Under the pieces are notes generated by a model. That model was not told where the DNA came from and did no database searches. It saw nothing but the letters and a program-made list of their open reading frames with translations. A stretch of DNA of 64,000 bases. It comes from Bacteriovoracia bacterium (GTDB lineage: Bacteria > Bdellovibrionota > Bacteriovoracia > Bacteriovoracales > Bacteriovoracaceae). Both the position numbers and the translations under genes were made by a program. Positions 20,298 through 29,970 of this stretch are shown here, one piece after another. The DNA is taken from assembly GCA_046566385.1 (NCBI GenBank), contig JBKHWS010000006.1, positions 2,055 to 66,054 of the forward strand. The letters are read 5' to 3'. Position 1 is the stretch's first letter. Each line of letters opens with the position of its first letter.

Positions 20298-21020
20298 ATG
20301 AAAAAAAACAATGTCTTTGAGCTACCTTCTTTAAATACGGCCCTGTCCCTTTTGGGAATGGCGTCTCAAGTAGAAGCACTCAAAGCAGATAACAAAAAAA
20401 TCAGTGAACAAGCGGCCAGAACAATTCTTAAGGCCCTTGATGCCAAAGATAATTATACATTCGGTCACAGTATGCGTGTGGCTTATTTCTCTTTAGTGAC
20501 TGGAGCTGAAGCCCAGTTATCTCCTGAAGAGATGTATGAATTGGAGCTCGCCGCGATCTTTCACGATATTGGAAAAATTGGAACGCCGGATGCTGTTTTA
20601 AATAAACCTTCCCGCCTTTCCGAGGATGAATTCAATATCATGAAACAACATCCGGAAAATTCTTTTGAAATTTTAAAAGAGTTTCCCATGTTCGAAAAAA
20701 TCGCACAAAGTGCCAGGCTTCATCATGAACGTTATGACGGTAAAGGTTATCCTTTAGGTCTTAAAGGTGATGAAATTCCCTTAGGCGCCAGAATCATTCT
20801 CATCGCTGATACCTTCGATGCCATGACTTCAACTCGTCCTTATAGAAAAGGACTACCTTACGAAGTCGCTTTTGAAGAACTCATTCAGTTTTCTGGAACT
20901 CAGTTTGATCCAAAGCTGGTTCAGCTTTTCATTGAGGGAATGAGAAAAGAAGCTTTGAAAGGCGAAGAGGAATTTTTCATTCCTCTTATGGAGAGACGTT
21001 TTAACAAGAACGCTGCCTGA
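20298..21020 (+). CDS. HD-GYP c-di-GMP phosphodiesterase
   Basis: YTFGHSMRV, FHDIGKIG, HHERYDGKGYPLGL, ADTFDAMTSTRPYR, GTQFDP all intact. Confidence 0.95.
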   Translation: MKKNNVFELPSLNTALSLLGMASQVEALKADNKKISEQAARTILKALDAKDNYTFGHSMRVAYFSLVTGAEAQLSPEEMYELELAAIFHDIGKIGTPDAVLNKPSRLSEDEFNIMKQHPENSFEILKEFPMFEKIAQSARLHHERYDGKGYPLGLKGDEIPLGARIILIADTFDAMTSTRPYRKGLPYEVAFEELIQFSGTQFDPKLVQLFIEGMRKEALKGEEEFFIPLMERRFNKNAA

Positions 21021-21021
21021 T

Positions 21022-22350
21022 CTAATCCCCGCAAAATTTTGTCTTCGCGCTGGATGAAACCATCCTGTTCTGCATGCTTTCACATCCCTTTATTGTTTCA
21101 TAGACATTGAACGGATAGCATTCTGCAGCTTTATTCAGATACTTTAATGAGGACGCGTTGTTTTCACATGTTTTATAACTCGGACCATCCACGCAGGCCC
21201 AGTGTTTTCCAGTACAATTGTAGACTAGTCCTCTTCCTCGGTATTCATAATTAGGAGGAGAGACATATTCTTTCTTCTCAACAGCTTTGGACGTCGTTCC
21301 CTTGGCCTGTTTTTCAAGGTCTTCGAGGATTTGATCAGTAAGATTATCTTCACCGGTTGAAATTGTACCATCTATAGAGTCAACATCACCTAAACCACTC
21401 GTGTCCTCAGTGACATCACCTAATTTCGTCTCATCAGTGGTTTCCGGAGTATCAGTAACAACATCTGGTTCAGGTGTCGTTTCATCAGTCGTTACTGTGT
21501 CTGAAGGAGTTTCGGTGTCAGGAGTCTCAGTTACTGCTGTATCGGCCGGAGTTTCTGTTGCCGGGGTTTCCGCCGTATCGGCCGGAGTTTCTGTTGCCGG
21601 AGTTTCCGCCGTATCGGCCGGAGTTTCTGTTGCCGGAGTTTCCGCCGTATCGGCCGGAGTTTCTGTTGCCGGAGTTTCCGCCGTATCGGCCGGAGTTTCT
21701 GTTGCCGGAGTTTCCGCCGTATCGGCCGGAGTTTCTGTTGCCGGAGTTTCCGCCGTATCGGCCGGAGTTTCTGTTGCCGGAGTTTCCGCCGTATCGGCCG
21801 GAGTTTCTGTTGCCGGAGTTTCCGCCGTATCGGCCGGAGTTTCTGTTGCCGGAGTTTCCGCTGTATCGGCCGGAGTCTCTGTTGGTTGAGCGGTTGGCGG
21901 AACAGGTTTTGGTCTTTTCTTCACTAAAGAAGCAGGATCAACAGCAGGCTCCTCAGGAGGAAAAATATAATCTTCGGCCAGAAGACCAATCACCAGAAGA
22001 GCAATGACACCCTTAATGATATTACTTTTCTTTTTCTTCTTGGCGGCTTCATCATCATCTTCTGCGGCAGCCTCTTTCTTACCCTGGCCTTTCTTCTTAA
22101 GGAGTGAATCTACTTTTGACTTTATTTTGTGAACGAGAGATTTGTTTTCTGATGCGTTTTCTTCTGCATCTTCCTCTATATCAGTATCCACATCTCCAAG
22201 TTCAGAAATATCAGTTGAATCCGTTGCATCATCCCGCGACGGATCAGTTCCTTCTTCAACTTCTTCCAACTCTTCATCTTCCACTTCACCTTTTTTGCCA
22301 AAAGGAAGTTTGGACTTCAAGTCATTGATAATTTTGTTGAGGATATGCAC
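21022..22350 (-). CDS. Single-pass membrane protein with acidic N-terminus, Thr/Pro/Glu tandem-repeat stalk and Cys-rich C-terminal domain
   Basis: KKKKK followed by hydrophobic IIKGVIALLVIGLLA; repeat stalk; 6-Cys terminal domain. Start uncertain (GTG 22350 or 22437). Confidence 0.75.
   Translation of the reverse strand: MHILNKIINDLKSKLPFGKKGEVEDEELEEVEEGTDPSRDDATDSTDISELGDVDTDIEEDAEENASENKSLVHKIKSKVDSLLKKKGQGKKEAAAEDDDEAAKKKKKSNIIKGVIALLVIGLLAEDYIFPPEEPAVDPASLVKKRPKPVPPTAQPTETPADTAETPATETPADTAETPATETPADTAETPATETPADTAETPATETPADTAETPATETPADTAETPATETPADTAETPATETPADTAETPATETPADTAETPATETPADTAVTETPDTETPSDTVTTDETTPEPDVVTDTPETTDETKLGDVTEDTSGLGDVDSIDGTISTGEDNLTDQILEDLEKQAKGTTSKAVEKKEYVSPPNYEYRGRGLVYNCTGKHWACVDGPSYKTCENNASSLKYLNKAAECYPFNVYETIKGCESMQNRMVSSSAKTKFCGD
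21536..21882. repeat. 36-bp coding tandem repeat, about 9.6 copies (ETPADTAETPAT)
   Basis: Near-perfect unit gccggagtttctgttgccggagtttccgccgtatcg, head-to-tail with no spacers. Confidence 0.95.
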
Positions 22351-22457
22351 TCCTATTGAAATGGGTCTTGTACTAAGTAAGTAATATCCAGTATTCTCAT
22401 TATAAGGGAGCCTGTGGAGTTTGCAATCAAATCCCACCGGAGATCAAGGACTTAACT

Positions 22458-23075
22458 GTGAATATGAATCGAGATGAAGGTGTCATAAAGTTCAAACTGA
22501 CACTTAAAAGGGCACCTGCCCCGGAAATCACCCAGGTTATTGCCTTGGAAAAATGGCGGGCCTTGTTGTTTAAACTGGGATTGGTGGGAGAATATCCGAT
22601 CGACAAGATCGGCTATGGAAACCTTTCATCCCGGCTTAACAAGAAATCATTTATTATAACCGGGAGTCAAACCGGTCACCTGGCCCATCTTCAGGCCCAC
22701 CATTATACGAAAGTCATTGATTGTGATTTGAAAAAAGGATCTGTGACTGCGGAAGGTTTAATTCCTCCCTCAAGCGAGTCGCTCACCCACTACGGCATTT
22801 ACGAGGCCAATCCTGCTATCCAGTACGTCTTTCATGTTCATCACAATAAACTCTGGAAGCTTTTAAAAAATGGTGACTACGATTTTATTGATGAAGACAT
22901 ACCTTATGGAACCCAGGCCATGGCCGAAGCCGCCTTTGAGCTGCTTTCCAATAAAACTTCCGGCATTTTTGTGATGAAAGGCCACGAAGATGGCATCATT
23001 GCCTATGGAACTACTGCTGAAGAGGCCGGAAAAGTGGTCCTAGATCTCTATCGTAAATTGGGTGTCCGGCAGTAA
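22458..23075 (+). CDS. Class II aldolase/adducin family protein (MtnB-like)
   Basis: GYGNLSSR, FIITGS, PSSESLTH, VFHVH, HEDG. Confidence 0.85.
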   Translation: MNMNRDEGVIKFKLTLKRAPAPEITQVIALEKWRALLFKLGLVGEYPIDKIGYGNLSSRLNKKSFIITGSQTGHLAHLQAHHYTKVIDCDLKKGSVTAEGLIPPSSESLTHYGIYEANPAIQYVFHVHHNKLWKLLKNGDYDFIDEDIPYGTQAMAEAAFELLSNKTSGIFVMKGHEDGIIAYGTTAEEAGKVVLDLYRKLGVRQ

Positions 23076-24113
23076 TTGCTTTAATTTCTGAAACAGATCT
23101 TTTCCTTCTTCATGTGAATTTGCTGAAAGAAAAAAAGCTTCAAACCGCGTATCCCCTGGTGAAAGCAGGAGACAACCTTTTCCAGAGTTCGGATTAAATG
23201 CAACAGGTTCAATACTATTCTTGAGGGCCTCAAAGGAGCTTCCCTTCGATCTGGTCTTTCCCAGAATCAGAAGGGACCAGGAATTCCCTTTACAGAATTT
23301 TTGAGAAAGTAACCAGGTCACAAGACCCATTGTCTTCCGGTAATTGATCTCACTGACTGAACGGATTTTCTGTTTTCCCTCTTCCTGATAAGAAAATGAA
23401 TCAAGAGAGAATCCTCCTCCAGCTCCTTCTCTTCGAACGGACTGGGTCACTCGCAGGACATGATCTTCAAAGTTTTTCCATTCATCTTCTGGTACCTCCG
23501 AGTAGAACCTGAGGCCCTCCTTTACCGGTGCATGAAGATTTGTAAAAAGGGTTCCTTTATACTGAAAACCGGAGTTAACCAGGTTTTCATAACAAATGGT
23601 TTCTCCTGAAGGAAAAACGTAGTGGGAAAAATCCCTGCGCCGATCATAAAGGGGCTCTATGATAAGACTTCCTGATCTTCCAAGCAGTGATTGAAGTTTG
23701 TCTTCGTCACCTTTTCTGAAAGAGACAATGTCCTGTCCCGACATTCCCAGTGCAGCCTTCGCAAGATAAACTTTCTCATCTACAATTTTCAGATCCTCAA
23801 TTCTCCTGATGACCTGGCAGTCATTGTCAAATTCTGCAGTGAATTCTTTAGAGTTTATCTTTTGCTCGAGAGCTATGTTCTCTAGAGGACCCCACCAATT
23901 TTCATAATGGTTGGTGTTGATGATTTGAGGAGCATGCCCGCTAAAAAAAGAAACATGCTCAAGAAATTCAGGAGCATATTTTTTAGCAGTCGAAAGAGGT
24001 CTTTCATCAAGGTAGAAAGCTATAAACTCCAAAGACTCACTGATCAAGTGAGAGGAGCCTTTTTTCCCTGCTAACGTCAGTTCATAATCAGCATTTACCC
24101 TGATCGCTTTCAT
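23040..24113 (-). CDS. ATP-grasp-like hypothetical protein
   Basis: LAKAALGMSGQ, IIEP, DFS, FSLDSF, SEINYRKTMG; ATGA overlap with the DUF455 gene. Confidence 0.65.
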   Translation of the reverse strand: MKAIRVNADYELTLAGKKGSSHLISESLEFIAFYLDERPLSTAKKYAPEFLEHVSFFSGHAPQIINTNHYENWWGPLENIALEQKINSKEFTAEFDNDCQVIRRIEDLKIVDEKVYLAKAALGMSGQDIVSFRKGDEDKLQSLLGRSGSLIIEPLYDRRRDFSHYVFPSGETICYENLVNSGFQYKGTLFTNLHAPVKEGLRFYSEVPEDEWKNFEDHVLRVTQSVRREGAGGGFSLDSFSYQEEGKQKIRSVSEINYRKTMGLVTWLLSQKFCKGNSWSLLILGKTRSKGSSFEALKNSIEPVAFNPNSGKGCLLLSPGDTRFEAFFLSANSHEEGKDLFQKLKQLLPDTQFTIEI

Positions 24114-24946
24114 GAGCGTTTTGTGACTGGAAATTGATCATCGTAATTTTTCAACTTCTCAATGAAATCTTCATCACTCATGGCCTTTTGATGAAGGGAA
24201 GGATCAAAACTTATTCCCTTGCTCCTTGCTGGTGTCATGGGCCAGGGAAGTGAGGAAAGGTAATAGTCCCATAAGTTTTTATCCTGCCGCCACTTTTTCA
24301 TCCAATGGGCCCCGAAAGCGACATGTCCTATTTCATCTTCCAGTACGATGTCCAGGATGGCAGCAGTCTCATCATCCCCTAATTCCCGGAAGATCTTAGA
24401 ATAATATTGAGCGAAATCAAGATTGGCGGCTTCAAATGTGAGCGACATGACCGCTGTGTACTCTTCAGGCTTCCTGAGCTTTGGCATTTGTCGCCAGAAG
24501 AAATCATTGAGCGGGAAGTCCCCGAAGTCATAGCCGAACTCCTGAATCCTCCCAATATATAGCTGCAAATGTTTTTGCTCTTCTTTCAGGGCCGAAAGTA
24601 TCCCCCGCTTAAAACGAACATCATCCTCAGAGTGATGAGGATAAATCAGCAGCGCAGCTGCCATCATTTCAATGGCCAGTAATTCGTGATTGGCAAAGCT
24701 GTGAAGGGCCATGGCCTTTTTTTCAGTTTCTTTCAGATGGACGACTTTGGGGAACTTCATCTGTTTTTCAGAAAAACTGATCCTTTCTTTCCTGCCGGGA
24801 AGAACAGGAAGTTCATAGGAAGACCATGCTTCCCATTCCACAGAAGAATCCAGGAGCTTATCCTGAAGAGTTTCGCCCTCGAGGATCAGGCGGGCAAAAT
24901 CTTTATAATGAAGTTTATCGGAATTTCCGGAAAGCTTTTGCGGCAT
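24110..24946 (-). CDS. DUF455-family ferritin-like (diiron) protein
   Basis: LHSFANHELLAIE, EEQKH, FEAANLD, EDEIGHVAFG. Start placed at ATG 24946 (uncertain). Confidence 0.8.
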   Translation of the reverse strand: MPQKLSGNSDKLHYKDFARLILEGETLQDKLLDSSVEWEAWSSYELPVLPGRKERISFSEKQMKFPKVVHLKETEKKAMALHSFANHELLAIEMMAAALLIYPHHSEDDVRFKRGILSALKEEQKHLQLYIGRIQEFGYDFGDFPLNDFFWRQMPKLRKPEEYTAVMSLTFEAANLDFAQYYSKIFRELGDDETAAILDIVLEDEIGHVAFGAHWMKKWRQDKNLWDYYLSSLPWPMTPARSKGISFDPSLHQKAMSDEDFIEKLKNYDDQFPVTKRS

Positions 24947-27656
24947 CACTCTTCTTGCCTCCGCCACCGGATCTGGCACCGGCAGGTTTTGGTCTTCTTA
25001 CACCATGCTCAGCTGGTTTTTCTCCCTGGATGGAAGGTCCTCTTTTATCTCTTCGATCATCCCGCCCTTTTTCACTTTTCTTATGGCGCTTGTCCTTCTG
25101 AAAAGATCGCCCTCTATCCTGACGGGAATCAGGGGAGGCGTCCCGAGGGGGACGACGCGAAAATCTTCTCTTGGAGAAGCAGTCGTCACAAATATTGAAA
25201 CGAGCATTCGCTGGCATTTTCACTCCACAGCTGGAGCAGGCCTTAGCAATTTTATCTGAGAGGAGTTCGTTCAGACGTTCAATTGCCTTTGATTTATTCT
25301 CAAGGAGTTTTCTTTCATCAAAAGCAAAGTTTTTCTGATTGAAGTGCCGTGAAAGCCATTGATAAAGCTCAACACACTTAATGGATGTCTCGAGATAATC
25401 AATATTGTCTGACCTATCATCAATTGGTTCATTGAAGATACTCTGGTCACTCACGTAATGGTTGAGAATCCAGAGATAATATTGAACGTGCTCAATAAGC
25501 CCTAGATTCACGGGTGCACAGGCAAACCCAAAAATCTCTGCATTGGAAAGTTTTCTGTCCTCATCCGCCGCTTCTACCATTTCAGCGAGCTCAATCATTT
25601 CTTTCATATCCACACAGTAGAATGGTTTCTGAAACGTCATGGTATTGAACAGTCTCAGAAACTCTGAGAGCTGAAGAGTAGGTAAGGAATTGGCCTCAAG
25701 GGCATGGTTGACGGAACTGAAGATATCCAGATCGGGACCAACCATCGCCTTATCCTGCTGACCGAGGTGATATTGAAGAGCACTTTGTAAGGTTCTCAAT
25801 CCATCTTCGACACGGTTGAGCGTCGTGACTTCCCCTACCGGAAATCTTTTATAACGTCCTGCCCTTCCGGCAATCTGTTTAATTTCTGAATAACTTAAAG
25901 GATGTTCTTTATCATCGATAAACTTTGAAAGAGCAGAGAAAACAATTCTCTTCACCGGAAGATTCATCCCCATTGCAATAGCATCGGTAGAAACCATGAT
26001 ATCGGTTTCGCCTTCATCAAACTTTCTCGCCTGCTCTCGTCTTACTTCAGGAGATAGACGTCCATAGACGATAGAGACCTTGAAATCGAGTTCTTCGAGG
26101 TCGGCCTTATATCGTAGAGCATTTCTTCTGGAGAAAACGATAAGAGCATCGTTCTTCTGCATTTGCGTGAGGGGAATCTGATGACTCAAAACATTGAGTT
26201 CCGTCATCCTGTTATATTCTTTAACTTCAAGAGTATCTCCGCAAAGGGCGAGAATCTTCTTAACCAGCTCAAGAACCGAGTGGTCCCCGCAAAGATGAAT
26301 TTCATCGGCCTGGATATTTACGAGGGCCCGGGTCCAGGCCCAGCCTCTCTGTGGATCGGCCAGCATCTGGATCTCGTCAATGACACAACAATCAAAGCGA
26401 GTCTGAAGCTTTGCCATTTCAATCGTGGAAGAAAAGTGAGTGGAGTCCGGGACCTCAATGACTTCCTCTCCCGTAAGAAGAGTGGTCTTCACACCTTTGG
26501 CACTCATGGTATCAAAAAGCTCAGAGGCCAGAAGCCTCAGAGGTGCAAGGTAACAGCCCTTCTTGGCCTGGCAGAGGGCCTCTATAGCATGATAAGTCTT
26601 ACCCGAATTGGTGGGACCCATGTGATAAATAATCTTACGATTTAATCTGCGGGCCTCGCTGTGAAGCCAGAATTGTCCCAGGTAATCCCGAAGGATCGTT
26701 GAAGAAACATCCTTCCGCTTTAAAGCAAGAACAGCTCCTGTGAATCTTTCAAATTCTTTTCGAAGAAAGCTCTCACCTTTCCAGATGTTTGTTTCAAGCT
26801 GCAAATAAAACCGGTCATACTCTTCAGGAGAAATGAGTTCCGGCTTAAATCCCTGTTCAACCAACAGAGTATTGAAGAAGACGTTAAGCTTCTCCTTATA
26901 AACTTTTCCTAAATCCGTCTTTGGTCCGAATTTAGAACGGAAATAGGCCTTCACTTCATTTTCAAGCTTATTAACAGAAGAGCGCTTAAGCTTGTTTCTC
27001 ATCTGGTGAAAGTTTTTTTCCAGATTCTTTTTAAGTTCGAAGACGGCATTTGAGACGTCACCGATTTTTCTGGTGAGAACCCATTCATGAAGCTTGTCTT
27101 CAGTTTTATCAATAAGGGAGGTCTGCAGTGCAAAGACCGCTTCTCTTACTTGTGTTCTGTAATCCCCGAGACACTGGACACAGTGACAGGATAAATCTTT
27201 GTCACTGAACTTAAGGTCAAATTTCGTTTTGAGGACTTCCTGGCTATCCACATGCCGGGCACTTTTATCTTCGGCCCAGGCCTTAAAAGTCTCTTTATAG
27301 GACTCGGTGAGCTCTTTACTGAAGGAACCTTCGACGATCACAGGATAAGATGACGTAACAGGAAAGACATAATCTTCAATGAGGCAAGTCTCTACTATCG
27401 CCTCACGATCAAATACTTCATGCACACGCCCGAAAGTCTTTTCAAATAAAGACTCAAGAGATGGATAAAGATCAAGCATTTCTCTGGCATCCACGGCAAT
27501 GGATTCCAGCGTATTTAATATGATTTCTGAATCTTCTAATGGACGAATCCCGGGAGATTCATCATCTCCCAGGATACTCGTCGTTATAAGTGCTTTTCGT
27601 GAAGTTTCTAGATTTGCGCGGATGTCCTCATACAAGGACGTAATTTCATTACTCAA
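24915..27656 (-). CDS. Suv3-like SF2 RNA/DNA helicase with N-terminal extension, C-terminal Zn-ribbon and basic tail
   Basis: GPTNSGKT, APLRLLA, IDEIQM, RGWAW, STDAIAMGMN, QIAGRAGR; CSSC..CDDC. Confidence 0.9.
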   Translation of the reverse strand: MSNEITSLYEDIRANLETSRKALITTSILGDDESPGIRPLEDSEIILNTLESIAVDAREMLDLYPSLESLFEKTFGRVHEVFDREAIVETCLIEDYVFPVTSSYPVIVEGSFSKELTESYKETFKAWAEDKSARHVDSQEVLKTKFDLKFSDKDLSCHCVQCLGDYRTQVREAVFALQTSLIDKTEDKLHEWVLTRKIGDVSNAVFELKKNLEKNFHQMRNKLKRSSVNKLENEVKAYFRSKFGPKTDLGKVYKEKLNVFFNTLLVEQGFKPELISPEEYDRFYLQLETNIWKGESFLRKEFERFTGAVLALKRKDVSSTILRDYLGQFWLHSEARRLNRKIIYHMGPTNSGKTYHAIEALCQAKKGCYLAPLRLLASELFDTMSAKGVKTTLLTGEEVIEVPDSTHFSSTIEMAKLQTRFDCCVIDEIQMLADPQRGWAWTRALVNIQADEIHLCGDHSVLELVKKILALCGDTLEVKEYNRMTELNVLSHQIPLTQMQKNDALIVFSRRNALRYKADLEELDFKVSIVYGRLSPEVRREQARKFDEGETDIMVSTDAIAMGMNLPVKRIVFSALSKFIDDKEHPLSYSEIKQIAGRAGRYKRFPVGEVTTLNRVEDGLRTLQSALQYHLGQQDKAMVGPDLDIFSSVNHALEANSLPTLQLSEFLRLFNTMTFQKPFYCVDMKEMIELAEMVEAADEDRKLSNAEIFGFACAPVNLGLIEHVQYYLWILNHYVSDQSIFNEPIDDRSDNIDYLETSIKCVELYQWLSRHFNQKNFAFDERKLLENKSKAIERLNELLSDKIAKACSSCGVKMPANARFNICDDCFSKRRFSRRPPRDASPDSRQDRGRSFQKDKRHKKSEKGRDDRRDKRGPSIQGEKPAEHGVRRPKPAGARSGGGGKKSDAAKAFRKFR

Positions 27657-27677
27657 ATTGGATCATCTACCTTTATC

Positions 27678-28862
27678 TTAGTTTGCAAGCTCAACTACAA
27701 ATGCTGTAGCTAACCTGGCAAATTTAGCAGCGTGCTTCGCATCACCGCCAGCAGATTCTAATGTATCCCTTGCAGTATGAATCTGGCGATTAATATCTTC
27801 CATACTTGACTCAAAAGGAATAGAAGCAGGGAATCCATTAGCAGTCCATGAAGCGTGGTCAGAACAGCCGTATCCACAACGGGAGTAGCCCCAAGGAACT
27901 TTTACGTATTCATCAATCAGTCGACCGATAAACTCATTCTGAGCAGCATTAGTATAGTCAGACATCATGACAATATCTTTGTCAATTGTTCCCTTTCTGA
28001 GTGTCATATCAAGTTGCATTACGCCAATAACCTTGGCCGATCTTTGCTTGAACTGAGAGGCAATCTCTTTTGATCCAAGAAGCCCTACTTCTTCAGCAGC
28101 ATATCCCATGAACTTAATCGTTCTTTTAGGCTTAAAGTTATTATTCATCAAAATACGGATAACTTCTGTAATGGTTGAAATACCTGAAGCATTATCGTCC
28201 GCACCTGGTGCTTTCCCTCCGCCGCCAAAGAACCCAGCGATTGAATCAGCGTGTCCTCCCACAACCACGATTTCCTCCGGCTTCTCTGATCCTTCAATTG
28301 TCATAATAATTGAAGGCTGAGGCCAGTTCTTGTGGTTATAGAGTTCCACTTTAACATCGTTACGCTTGCGTGCGATGTTGGCCCAGGTATCACGGATAAA
28401 CTTAGATGATTCAACCCCGGTTTCTGATTTATAATAACGGGTATTGAAGTTGGAAAGCTTCAAGATCATGTCACGAATGGATCTTTCCTGAACCTGAGCA
28501 ACCATAGGAGTCGCCAGGCTTTGTTGATCAATTGAATAGTCAGTGAAGATGGCCCTTTTTGCAAAGTGTATGTCACCTTGAGAAGTCAGGGCCTCTTTAG
28601 CTTCTTCCATTGAATCGTGCTGCATAAAACCACCACATCTGTGAAGATCATGGTGAATATGATGAGAAAGTTGCTCGATTTCAGCTTCAGTTAACTGAAC
28701 AACGCTTGCACCTTCTGAAGTGAAAACTGTCTGAACAGATTTGTTTAGTTTCGGGCGGATTTTTGCCAGAATCTGATTATCTACCGTAAGCCATTTTGTT
28801 GCAGGAGCCGCCATCGTAGCTGCTGATAGTGTCAAAGCAACAAGTCCTAATAATATTTTCAT
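27678..28862 (-). CDS. Secreted leucyl aminopeptidase (M28, Vibrio LAP-like)
   Basis: Signal peptide; RCGGF, GGHADS, APGADDNASG, AAEEVGLLGS, QLDMT, CSDHASW, IHT. Confidence 0.92.
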   Translation of the reverse strand: MKILLGLVALTLSAATMAAPATKWLTVDNQILAKIRPKLNKSVQTVFTSEGASVVQLTEAEIEQLSHHIHHDLHRCGGFMQHDSMEEAKEALTSQGDIHFAKRAIFTDYSIDQQSLATPMVAQVQERSIRDMILKLSNFNTRYYKSETGVESSKFIRDTWANIARKRNDVKVELYNHKNWPQPSIIMTIEGSEKPEEIVVVGGHADSIAGFFGGGGKAPGADDNASGISTITEVIRILMNNNFKPKRTIKFMGYAAEEVGLLGSKEIASQFKQRSAKVIGVMQLDMTLRKGTIDKDIVMMSDYTNAAQNEFIGRLIDEYVKVPWGYSRCGYGCSDHASWTANGFPASIPFESSMEDINRQIHTARDTLESAGGDAKHAAKFARLATAFVVELAN

Positions 28863-28983
28863 TTTTTCCATCCTTGCTATAAAAAATGACTGATACAATT
28901 AACCCATAGATTAAACTTGTTTGAAAGGAAAAGTTCTATGACTTTGCCTTACAAAGACTCGTAGCACAATCGAGAGGAAAATC

Positions 28984-29967
28984 ATGAAAACACGACTGAC
29001 AGAGATGCTGGGAACTGAATTGCCTATAATAATGGCCCCTATGTTTCTGGTTACAAATACAAAAATGATAGTGGCAGCAGCAGAAAGCGGAATCGCCGGC
29101 TGCATTCCTGCTCTCAACTTCAGAACGATTGAAGAGCTTGAGGCCGGGATTAAAGAAATTAAATCTCAGACGAACAAACCCTTCGGAGTAAACCTCATCG
29201 TGAACAAGTCAAATGTTCATGCCAAAAAGCAACTCCATAAGTGCCTTGATCTGGGGGTGAGTTTTTTCATCACCTCTCTGGGGTCTCCACAGGAAGTAAT
29301 TAATGAATCAAAAAAACAGGGCACCCGTGTCTTTTGTGACGTCATCGAAGAAACCTATGCAAAAAAAGTCGAAGACATGGGAGCTGACGGTGTCATTGCC
29401 GTTAACTCAGGAGCGGGTGGACATCTTGGAAACATTCCCGCAACAGTTCTAATCCCTAAGTTGAAATCCACCTGTAGTATCCCCGTCATTTCTGCGGGAG
29501 GAGTTGGGACAGGGGCAGGAATCCTTGCGATGCTGGCCCTGGGGGCAGATGGGCTCTCTATTGGCTCACCTTTTATCGCCACAACAGAGTCGGGTGTCAC
29601 CCAGGATTATAAAGAGGCCTGTGTAAATTACGACGCCGGCGACATCGTCGTCACCACAAAACTCTCCGGAACCCGTTGCACCGTTATTAACACTCCTTAC
29701 GTTCAAAAAATCGGGACCGATCAAAACCTGGTAGAGAGTTTTTTGAATAAGAATAAACAGTTAAAAAAATACGCCAAGATGGTGACATACTACAAAGGCA
29801 TGAAGATGCTGGAGAAGGCTGCTTTCAGCGCTTCCTATAAGACAGTCTGGTGTGCGGGAAGCTCAATTGATTTCACACATAAGGTTGAACCCATCCATGA
29901 CATAGTCTCCCGTTACAAAACAGAGATGGAAGAAGCAAGGGTAAACTTAAATAAGGTACTAGGATAA
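28984..29967 (+). CDS. Nitronate monooxygenase / FabK-like flavoprotein
   Basis: PIIMAPM, AGGHLG, ISAGGV, GSPFIAT. Confidence 0.9.
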   Translation: MKTRLTEMLGTELPIIMAPMFLVTNTKMIVAAAESGIAGCIPALNFRTIEELEAGIKEIKSQTNKPFGVNLIVNKSNVHAKKQLHKCLDLGVSFFITSLGSPQEVINESKKQGTRVFCDVIEETYAKKVEDMGADGVIAVNSGAGGHLGNIPATVLIPKLKSTCSIPVISAGGVGTGAGILAMLALGADGLSIGSPFIATTESGVTQDYKEACVNYDAGDIVVTTKLSGTRCTVINTPYVQKIGTDQNLVESFLNKNKQLKKYAKMVTYYKGMKMLEKAAFSASYKTVWCAGSSIDFTHKVEPIHDIVSRYKTEMEEARVNLNKVLG

Positions 29968-29970
29968 AGT

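Noticed and set aside
21536-21882. 36-bp repeats as a CRISPR array
   Set aside because: Units are head-to-tail with no unique spacers, lie in frame within a CDS, and there are no cas genes.
21401-22007. Plus-strand repeat ORFs (AGVSV.., PEFPPYR..)
   Set aside because: Antisense shadows of the tandem repeat.
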